From positions 20,538-52,537 of the forward strand of contig NZ_LXET01000064.1 of assembly GCF_001655005.1 (NCBI RefSeq): 32,000 bases of DNA, read 5' to 3'. The position numbers and the translations under genes are program-made. Positions within the stretch are counted from its first letter, which is position 1, and every line of letters begins with the position of its first letter. The notes under the pieces are model-generated. The model made no database searches. It had not been told where the DNA came from and saw nothing but the letters and a program-made list of their open reading frames with translations. The stretch comes from Hafnia paralvei ATCC 29927 (lineage in GTDB: Bacteria > Pseudomonadota > Gammaproteobacteria > Enterobacterales > Enterobacteriaceae). Positions 18,088 through 24,493 of this stretch are shown here, one piece after another.

Positions 18088-18624
18088 TCAAAGTTTCTCT
18101 GGTGTTGGAAAGTGAGAGAAAGCGGTGTTGGCGGTGTTAAACGCCAATTCGTACAACATACTGATCCGTGATATAGGCTGTGACGTTTTATCCAAAGCCA
18201 GCAAATAATCATATTGCTTTTGTGTTAACCAAAGACGTGAAGCGGCTTCTAACTCAGGTTGTGCCGCAATATTAAGCGCGACGTCTGGATAGGTTTTCAT
18301 TAATGCTTCAACAATCATTGGTCTAACAGGACTGATGGTCCCACCAACATGAACAAAGTCGCAGAAAGCGGTATGGCAACGAATGTTCGCGATGCTGTGT
18401 ACATCAAAGTTGGCTTTCAAGAAAAAGTAACCGGGAAAAACCGGAGTCACTCGCTTGCGATAGCTGTACATCTTATCGCTGCGTTTGATATGAGTGACCG
18501 TTAACGGCGTCCAAGGCACCATGTGCTGACTCGATAACCAGTCAAACAAATACTCCCTATTACGTCCCCCTGTGATGTATTGCGCTAAAAACCACTGATA
18601 GTGCTGCACTTGTTCAATATTCAT
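18088..18624 (-). CDS. NusG/RfaH-paralogue (NGN domain only), TraB-like transfer regulator, 178 aa
   Basis: WFLAQY...VTPVFPGYFFLKANFD...CDFVHVGG aligns with RfaH WYLLYC...SEPLFPNYLFVEFDPE...SHFVRFG. I see no KOW-like G-x-V-x-I motif in the C-terminal half. I trimmed the start to ATG 18624, preceded by SD GGAG. Confidence 0.8.
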   Translation of the reverse strand: MNIEQVQHYQWFLAQYITGGRNREYLFDWLSSQHMVPWTPLTVTHIKRSDKMYSYRKRVTPVFPGYFFLKANFDVHSIANIRCHTAFCDFVHVGGTISPVRPMIVEALMKTYPDVALNIAAQPELEAASRLWLTQKQYDYLLALDKTSQPISRISMLYELAFNTANTAFSHFPTPEKL

Positions 18625-18846
18625 GAAGGCTCCGCACGAACCGATCCCCGTAGGGACCATTCTGTATTCATGTGGGGACGAATACATTCAGTGATAACGC
18701 TGAAGCAGGCTTATGGACGCGCACCTAAGCACGTTGGCTGCAGTTCTGACAGCGTTATAGCTCAACCTATTCTTGTCTCTAAAACACCGAAAGAACACAT
18801 GGCGGAATGTTCTTATATGAATAGTGTTTTAAACTAGTTGTAATAG

Positions 18847-18992
18847 TAGATACGATCTAAACATCTATTAAAAGGTAAAATGTCGATCTTATATTTTATT
18901 AAATGCCTGTTTTTGTAGCATAAAATACTAGTACAGATCCATTTATTAGATCCTTTGACCAGAAATAGAAGAAAAGACGATCTTTTAGATCG
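18847..18992. promoter_or_regulatory. GATC / AGAT-ATCT motif cluster in the AT-rich region between the tra operon and repA
   Basis: Six GATC sites lie at 18854, 18885, 18936, 18949, 18979 and 18988. There are palindromes TAGAT-ACG-ATCTA (18847-18859) and CGATCT-TTT-AGATCG (18978-18992), and a direct repeat of AGATCC at 18935 and 18948. Confidence 0.4.
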
Positions 18993-19444
18993 CTAGTTGC
19001 CATTTTGTCGGATAAATCGACTGTTCAAAAAAAGAGTGCAAAACGTGATATATGTCACATAGTTCTCATGGTTACTGATGCAACACATTGTTGTGAATGG
19101 TTATATTTTCAATAGGTACTATTCACGCACGGAAAGTATGGCTTTTAATGGAGTGGTTTTTAGCGCAGGATAGATGGGCGTTGACGTCACCGTGACGGGT
19201 GAACCTAATGGGCCAAAAGAAAAATTAGTGATACCAAGTCAGCTCTTCACGATCCATTGGTTGCAAGACAACGAAAATACGGTAAGATTTACGCACTCTG
19301 CGCTGAATTCTAGGCTAATTTGCCCTTAAATTGCGCTGAAAATGGATTAAAGCGGGGATCGGTCATCGACCGGACTTCGTGATGGGATAGGGCATATCCT
19401 TAAATGCTCAGGGAAAAAGGCTCAAAACAGCGGGCCTTGAATGC

Positions 19445-19521
19445 AAAAATCCCCCGAAATCTGTTATCAACTTGGCGGAAGACTCAGATATCAGGGGATC
19501 ACAAAGCAGGCGCTGGCCTGT
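19445..19521 (-). ncRNA. Antisense copy-number control RNA (Inc RNA / RNAI type), about 75 nt
   Basis: On the minus strand there is a perfect -10 TATAAT (19527-19532) with TTGTTT 16 bp upstream. The predicted transcript forms a small hairpin CAGGC-CAGC-GCCUG. It then forms a long hairpin whose loop carries CCGCCAA, followed by AUUUUU acting as a terminator. Confidence 0.6.
19451..19497 (+). promoter_or_regulatory. repA mRNA stem-loop I carrying the conserved UUGGCG loop (antisense target and pseudoknot donor)
   Basis: The stem pairs 19451-19463 with 19485-19497 and has two mismatches. The apical region contains TTGGCGG (19472-19478). Its complement CCGCCA occurs at 19565-19570, 4 nt before the repA GTG. 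Confidence 0.6.
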
Positions 19522-19536
19522 GAGAGATTATAACGC

Positions 19537-19593
19537 ATGCAAATCAGAAAACAATACCCGAAGACCGCCATAAGTGTCGGCGGGCGTGAATAA
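19537..19593 (+). CDS. Candidate repA leader peptide (18 codons) overlapping the repA start
   Basis: ATG 19537 ... TAA 19591-19593 encodes MQIRKQYPKTAISVGGRE. It ends 20 nt inside repA, as expected for repY/repB/tap-type translational coupling. Confidence 0.4.
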   Translation: MQIRKQYPKTAISVGGRE

Positions 19594-20503
19594 TGTAAGT
19601 CCATTCGAAAATCGCAAAGAAGATAGACGCCATCGGGGAGAACATTCCACGGTGTGCAAATGTCCTTCCCCGCTTTATGTGCGGCCTGCGCACTATAAAC
19701 CTTTGAGCAAACAACATGGTCGCGCTCTGCGTAACCTGATGAGCCGGGATAAAACCACCGGTGAATGGGTTATACGTCGCCGTGTATCAGCTGACCCCGT
19801 CTTTACCTATTTACGTCCTTTCTGCGACCGGAAGCGGGCGTTTCGCGAAGTCCGTCGACGTCTTCTAGATGCGCTTTTTGTGCTTTTGGTCAATAAAGCT
19901 GACTTGGCCACCGGTATAGTCACCATCAATATCACGCGCTTGGCCGAAGAACTGAGCCCACATGATGACGAAGGGAATGTGATTGCCGAGAAAGCGGTGA
20001 CCACCTCCCGCGTCTCTCGTCTTATCGATGAGCTGGCCAAGTTCAACATCATCCTATCGCCGGAAACTGAGTGGGATTTTGTGAACGGTTGTCGTTTTCC
20101 CAAGCATGTCATCATTACCGATATTGGCTGGCAGCTGACGGGCGTTGACATGGATAAGCTGCGTGCCGAACGTGACGAGCGCCTGCGGGCTATCAACGAT
20201 GGCGTGTTACAGCCTGGTGAGTTTCTAACGGTTAGGCAAGCGCGAAAGCGCTGGTATGAACGCTGCCGGCAACAAACTATTCTCAGCCGCCGTACACGTG
20301 CGATTGAGGGTAAACAGCGCCGTCAGCTTGAAGACCTCCCGTTTGATGAACGTAAACGCCAAGTCGCTGAGCAGATATTCCGCTCAATGAAAGGTCAGAC
20401 ACAGAACCTGACGCCACAACAATTCGAAAAAATGGTCTGGACGAAGCTTTACCAGTTGGAGCTAGTGAACCTCCAGCCGCCGGGTTCAGCACCGCCACAT
20501 TAA
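19574..20503 (+). CDS. repA: Replication initiator, IncFII-RepA family (IncI/B/K/L-M-like)
   Basis: 309 aa. The core RRRLLDALFVLLVNKADLATGIVTINITRLAEELS parallels R1/R100 RepA RRRAIDALLQGLCFHYDPLANRVQCSITTLAIECGL. It has a basic C-terminal third, a GTG start without a canonical SD, and the upstream control elements listed above. Confidence 0.85.
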   Translation: MSAGVNNVSPFENRKEDRRHRGEHSTVCKCPSPLYVRPAHYKPLSKQHGRALRNLMSRDKTTGEWVIRRRVSADPVFTYLRPFCDRKRAFREVRRRLLDALFVLLVNKADLATGIVTINITRLAEELSPHDDEGNVIAEKAVTTSRVSRLIDELAKFNIILSPETEWDFVNGCRFPKHVIITDIGWQLTGVDMDKLRAERDERLRAINDGVLQPGEFLTVRQARKRWYERCRQQTILSRRTRAIEGKQRRQLEDLPFDERKRQVAEQIFRSMKGQTQNLTPQQFEKMVWTKLYQLELVNLQPPGSAPPH

Positions 20504-20645
20504 CCCTGCCTACTTTTCAACCATCCGCTTCCTGCGGAGGCTTCGCTACACCTGCGGTTTATTTCTGGTGAAAAAAACAACACTCCCTGTCACTAAAAGG
20601 TGGCATCGGTGATCAAACCGTGTCGTCATAGCCAGTCTTATCATT

Positions 20646-20795
20646 TTATCCACACTTATCTGCAAATAGTCAGAGAAGGTTACTTGCAACCGACCAAGAG
20701 AAACCTGCAATTTATTCAGGGTTTCACCCTTACCTATTCTCTTTAATAAATACGTTATTATTCGCTGGATTAAATTTGTGGATAACGGGGATAAA
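20646..20795. other. Candidate oriV core: two perfect DnaA boxes in inverted orientation flanking an AT-rich stretch
   Basis: TTATCCACA lies at 20646-20654 and TGTGGATAA at 20787-20795. The AT-rich segment ctattctctttaataaatacgttattatt lies between them. The region starts about 140 bp downstream of repA, as in IncFII/IncI replicons. Confidence 0.5.
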
Positions 20796-21244
20796 GTAAA
20801 AATACAATAATGCCTTCGCTTGCTCCGGCCATGCCGTGCCGCTCAGAAGTTTATTAAGTACCTCCCACCGCAAGCGGCGGGCCCCATTCGAGACAACCTA
20901 GACACATACAAAATCTTGGATAGCTAGCGGGAAGGTTTGAATACATGCTCGTAAGCGGCTCTACGACCCGCTAACGCGGAGATACACCCCGACTGCGGCA
21001 AAGCCTTGTCGGGCTAACTCCGACCGCATAATGAAGCTTCTACATCGCTTTTAGTGGGTTTGGCTTAGCAGGGATGGAAGGGGGATTGGTGATACCTATC
21101 AGAACAGAGCGGCTACGCCGCGCTACCGGCGCCATTAACGTACAGAGGTATATTTAACAATAGCTGGCGCCTTCATGCCGCAAAGCGGCATTCAAAGCTT
21201 GGCTGCGCACTGCTCGCCAACCTGAGTACTGAGGAAATCATGTT

Positions 21245-21266
21245 GGGGTCCGCTTGGAAAACGGAA
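21245..21266 (+). repeat. Outer 22 nt of a Tn21-subfamily-like 38-bp terminal inverted repeat, split by the IS
   Basis: GGGGTCCGCTTGGAAAACGGAA compares with my memory of the Tn21 IR, GGGGTCGTCTCAGAAAACGGAA. The remaining 16 nt are at 22594-22609. Confidence 0.7.
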
Positions 21267-21521
21267 TCTATGGTCACTCCCGTTTTTGCAACACCGATTT
21301 TGACGACAAGTTGGCTTGCTTGAATCTATCCGGCGTCTGAATGGGATTTTATTCCCGCGCCTCGATGAGTTCCGCGCCTGATGAACCTCCAGAAAATATA
21401 CGGCTTCAATGAGCCTTTCCGTTTTACAGGTTCCTCAACAGGCCGGTGGGCCGTTAGTATCATCAATATCAGTATTCGCAAAACCAGATGAATGATTGTT
21501 TAAACTGGTGTATTTCTGCCT
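21267..21521 (-). ncRNA. Putative seekRNA / bridge RNA region in the 3' non-coding end of the IS
   Basis: This is 255 bp of non-coding DNA downstream of the transposase stop, where IS1111-group elements encode their guide RNA. It contains TTCCGTTTT (21417-21425), the exact complement of the 9 nt of target flank abutting the IS (21258-21266). Confidence 0.5.
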
Positions 21522-22526
21522 TTATGCTTCGTAAGTTTGCTGTCGCGCCGTCAGTGCCCAGGCTATTCTGGCCAGCTTGTTTGCCAGAGCACAGGTGACG
21601 ACAAAGTTGCTTTTCCGACACAACAACTCCCTGACCCAGTCGGCCAACTTGCCAGACTGGTGTTCCAGTTTTTGTATGAATACCCTGGCACACTGAACCA
21701 ACAAAGTTCGGATCTTTTTGTTGCCCCGCTTGCTAATCCCTAACAATGTCGTCCGACCTCCCGTGCTGTACTGTCGGGGTACCAGCCCTGTTGCCGCCGC
21801 AAAGTCACGGCTGCTGGCGTACTGCTTCCCGTCGCCAATCTCAGTTGAAATAGTACTGGCAGTCAGCGTTCCAACGCAGGGAATACTCAGCAAGCGCTGT
21901 CCAACCTCATCTTCGTCCAACTTTCGTTTCAACTGAGATTCCAGATCTTTAATCTGCTCAACAAGATAGTGATAATGCTGTTGTAATTTCAGCAGTAACT
22001 GGCTGAGATAAAGAGGCAAACTACTGTCCTCAAGAAGGGTACTCAGTCGACTAATAACGGCAGCACCTCGCGGAACGCTGATACCAAATTCCAGCAGAAA
22101 AGCATGCATCTGATTAGTTGTTTTCACCTTATCCTGAACCAGGGATTCACGGACACGATGCAGAGCTCGCATTGCCTGCTGAGATTCGGTTCTGGGCTGC
22201 ACGAAACGCATAGATGGACGTGATGCTGCTTCACAGATAGCTTCAGCATCAACGAAGTCATTTTTGTTGCTTTTAACGAATGGGCGGACAAATTGCGGTG
22301 ATATCAGCTTTGGAAAATGCCCTAACTCTGCCAGCTTGCGTGCTATAAAGTGAGAACCGCCACAGGCTTCCATCGCGATGGTTGTTGCCGGGCATGTCGC
22401 CAGAAATTCGATTAGCTTTGGTCGGGTGAATTTTTTACGGTAAACGGCCTTCCCACGATGATCCTGACAATGAATATGGAAAGAGTTCTTACCCAGATCG
22501 ATACCAATAAGCGCAATGTTTTCCAT
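21522..22526 (-). CDS. IS110-family (IS1111 group) transposase, 334 aa
   Basis: The N-terminus MENIALIGIDLGKNSFHIH... is a RuvC-like DEDD fold. The C-terminal ...LLSIPCVGTLTAS...FAAATGLVPRQYSTGG motif is typical of this family. Confidence 0.95.
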   Translation of the reverse strand: MENIALIGIDLGKNSFHIHCQDHRGKAVYRKKFTRPKLIEFLATCPATTIAMEACGGSHFIARKLAELGHFPKLISPQFVRPFVKSNKNDFVDAEAICEAASRPSMRFVQPRTESQQAMRALHRVRESLVQDKVKTTNQMHAFLLEFGISVPRGAAVISRLSTLLEDSSLPLYLSQLLLKLQQHYHYLVEQIKDLESQLKRKLDEDEVGQRLLSIPCVGTLTASTISTEIGDGKQYASSRDFAAATGLVPRQYSTGGRTTLLGISKRGNKKIRTLLVQCARVFIQKLEHQSGKLADWVRELLCRKSNFVVTCALANKLARIAWALTARQQTYEA

Positions 22527-22593
22527 GATGGTTCTCCGAATGAAAGCCTGTCCTCAGCATAGTACTGGGAAGGAGGGAGTGACCATCTCATTA

Positions 22594-22609
22594 ATTATCC
22601 CACGCTAAG
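22594..22609 (+). repeat. Inner 16 nt of the split 38-bp Tn3-family terminal inverted repeat
   Basis: ATTATCCCACGCTAAG ends in CACGCTAAG like the Tn21-subfamily IRs and contains the tnpA stop codon. Confidence 0.7.
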
Positions 22610-23100
22610 ACTGTTTTTTGTACAATGTGGTGTCGACTGTGCGTAATGAGCGGTATTTTCCGGATCCCAGCTTAAGATTGTTACGCCAGACGTAATCTCC
22701 ACTCAGATTGATATGTTCCCAGCCCAGGGGAGAAAGATGAGATACCAGTTGCTCATTTATCGGGATACCTTTTCGTTTCAGTAACTCAATGGCTCTTTCT
22801 ATATATACCGTGTTCCACAACGTGATCGCCGCTGTCAGTAACGTCAGCCCGCTGGCGCGGTAACTTTGATTCTCCAGCCCACGATCTCTTATCTCACCCA
22901 GACGGTGCATAAAAACTGCTCGCGCCAGGGCATTACGGGCCTCACCCTTATTCAGCCCCGCCTGTACGCGTCGGCGCAGACTGGGATCTCGGAACCAGTC
23001 CAGCATAAATAGTGTCCGCTCGATGCGGCCAATCTCTCTCAGCGCTTTGGCGAGTCCGTTCTGTTTTGGGTAGGGGAGAAAGAAACGGTCGCGGCACTGC
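22605..23100 (-). pseudogene. tnpA: Tn3-family transposase tnpA, 3' remnant (about 165 of roughly 990 codons)
   Basis: By hand translation the frame reads ...[61 protein letters not shown]...[10 protein letters not shown]..., a canonical Tn3-family C-terminus. Similarity is lost upstream of about 23100 and there is an in-frame stop at 23136. Confidence 0.85.
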
Positions 23101-23189
23101 GTGGTGAGGCTGAAGCCCTGAAGCGTCAGAACCAGTCACTGATGGCGGCGCTTTCAGGCAATAAACAGACAGGTGGCCAGAATGCGTGA
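23094..23189 (+). pseudogene. Possible 3' stub of a truncated gene upstream of the exonuclease
   Basis: The plus-strand frame reads ...[32 protein letters not shown]. Its TGA forms an ATGCGTGA overlap with the exonuclease ATG at 23182. The 5' part is replaced by the tnpA remnant. Confidence 0.3.
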
Positions 23190-24045
23190 TGATGACAATT
23201 CAGACGCCTGTGATGAAACGCCCCGGGCGGAGGATAAATGCTACACCAAAGGGCGGCTTCGGGATGAGTTCAGGATGAAGCCAGCCCCCGGTGCGGAACC
23301 AGTCAGAATGTACAAAAGTCCTTACGGCGGGAAATACGGCGTATGGCGGCTGGCTGACTGTGTCCCGATGCGGGCGAAACGCCCTCAGACAGAAAAACAG
23401 CGGCTGGCCAGCACACGTCTGGGCCTGCAGGCCCGGATGAAAAGTGAGCGTGGCAGGTTCGCCATGCTGGCACATACCTGGTTAGCGCTGGACCCCGTCT
23501 TCCTCGATACCGAAACGACCGGACTTGATGCCGACGCGCAGGCGCTGGAAATCGGTCTGGTGAATGCCCGCGGTGAGAGGATATTTGAGACCCGCCTGAA
23601 ACCCACTGTCGGCATCGATCCGGCAGCAGCTGCAGTACACGGTATCAGTGACGATGATCTGGTCAGTGCACCATCGTGGCCCGATATTGCGCAGCAGCTG
23701 CAGCACCATATCGGCCGGCGCCCGCTGGTTATTTTCAATGCTGAGTTTGATACGCGCATTCTGAAGCAGACTGCGGCAGCGCATAACGACCCTGCCAGCT
23801 GGCTGGACTCTCTGACGGTGTACTGCGCCATGCGGCTCGCTGCGGGTTATTACGGACCCACCAATCGTTACGGTACCATATCGCTTTCCGGTTCTGTCAG
23901 TCAGGCTGGCCTGAGCTGGAACGGGGAGGTTCATTCCGCCGTCACTGACGCGGTTATGACGGCACAGGTGGTAAACAATATTGCCGGATACTGGCATGAG
24001 CTCCAGTGTGAAATAAATGATGACGCAGGGAGTGAGCCAGCATAA
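23182..24045 (+). CDS. DEDDh (DnaQ-like) 3'-5' exonuclease with a ~100-aa N-terminal extension, 287 aa
   Basis: Exo I is FLDTETTG, Exo II is VIFNAEFD, and Exo III is HSAVTDAVM. ATG 23182 is preceded by SD AGGTGG. The track's GTG 23173 is an alternative start. Confidence 0.85.
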   Translation: MRDDDNSDACDETPRAEDKCYTKGRLRDEFRMKPAPGAEPVRMYKSPYGGKYGVWRLADCVPMRAKRPQTEKQRLASTRLGLQARMKSERGRFAMLAHTWLALDPVFLDTETTGLDADAQALEIGLVNARGERIFETRLKPTVGIDPAAAAVHGISDDDLVSAPSWPDIAQQLQHHIGRRPLVIFNAEFDTRILKQTAAAHNDPASWLDSLTVYCAMRLAAGYYGPTNRYGTISLSGSVSQAGLSWNGEVHSAVTDAVMTAQVVNNIAGYWHELQCEINDDAGSEPA

Positions 24046-24097
24046 CGCTGCTCTCTGGCTGGTCAGACAGCTGCAGGTATTAATTCAGGAGTCTGGA

Positions 24098-24493
24098 ATG
24101 GAAAATATGATGAAAACTATGCGTGAGCATTTCTCTGCGCGAAAAGTGGTGATCGAACAGTCTCTGGATATGTTTGGTATCAAACGAAATGAGGACGGGA
24201 CGTTACTCTTCCCCCGTCACTCCGATAAACGTTTTCCCGTTGCACGTATCCGTAAGCGACTGGCGGCTTATGGCTGGCGAGGAGAACGCCTGAATAAGGA
24301 AGTGGCGCGCATCGTCGCGGGCCCTGATATCCTCCCTGACAGGAGGGAATACAGCATTATTTTCCCTTACGGATGGGAGAAGAAGCAGCTGACGCGTGAG
24401 ATGCGGAGGATGTTTCCCCGCAAGACTGGCCGACGTGTGCTGATTATGCTCGATGAATTACATCAGTTTATTGACTCACGGGAGAAGCAGTGA
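24098..24493 (+). CDS. Hypothetical basic protein, 131 aa
   Basis: I trimmed the start to ATG 24098 (MENMMKTMREHF...), which has a strong SD AGGAG seven nt upstream. The protein is Arg/Lys-rich and I recognise no motif. Its stop overlaps the next start (GTGA). Confidence 0.55.
   Translation: MENMMKTMREHFSARKVVIEQSLDMFGIKRNEDGTLLFPRHSDKRFPVARIRKRLAAYGWRGERLNKEVARIVAGPDILPDRREYSIIFPYGWEKKQLTREMRRMFPRKTGRRVLIMLDELHQFIDSREKQ

Larger units (their letters stand above)
21267..22593 (-). mobile_element. IS1111-group IS110-family element (IS5075/IS4321-like), 1327 bp
   Basis: Subterminal inverted repeats ATGGTCACTCCC (21270-21281) and GGGAGTGACCAT (22575-22586). It encodes a 334-aa DEDD-type transposase. 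The flanks reconstitute a 38-bp Tn3-family IR. Boundaries are good to within a few bp. Confidence 0.85.

Noticed and set aside
17922-18212. ORFs 17922-18140 (+) and 17949-18212 (-) in the leader between the NusG-like and TraC-like genes
   Set aside because: They span the terminator hairpin and overlap the 3' end of the NusG-like gene. They have no SD and their composition is implausible. I treat the region as a regulatory leader.
18601-18837. Plus-strand 78-aa ORF upstream of the NusG-like gene
   Set aside because: It overlaps the 5' end and promoter region of the NusG-like gene on the opposite strand, and it has no SD or motif.
19441-19533. A 30-codon ORF (MQKSPEICYQLGGRLRYQGITKQALACERL) as the repA leader peptide
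   Set aside because: It would be translated straight through stem-loop I, which is the antisense target, and it ends 40 nt before repA. The 18-codon ORF at 19537-19593, which ends inside repA, fits the coupling model better.
20800-21244. Type I toxin-antitoxin (hok/sok or pnd-like) locus, or a degraded gene, in the ORF-free stretch
   Set aside because: By hand I found only ORFs of 13-15 codons on either strand, and no hydrophobic Hok-like peptide.
21469-21693. Minus-strand 74-aa ORF overlapping the transposase 3' end
   Set aside because: It is out of frame with the transposase and extends into the IS non-coding end, which is better explained as the guide-RNA region.
22948-23139. Minus-strand 63-aa ORF across the tnpA truncation point
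   Set aside because: It is in a different frame from the recognisable TnpA remnant. The TnpA frame itself can be followed to about 23100, so this ORF is an artefact of the junction.
23173-23181. GTG 23173 as the exonuclease start, and similar N-terminal extensions in the track for traJ, pilR, pilQ, pilL, the TraR-like gene, the NusG-like gene, the 131-aa gene, rpn, pcoE and pcoR
   Set aside because: In each case a downstream ATG has a better SD, an ATGA-type overlap with the preceding gene, or restores a proper signal peptide or family N-terminus. The coordinates were trimmed accordingly, and the choices remain predictions.
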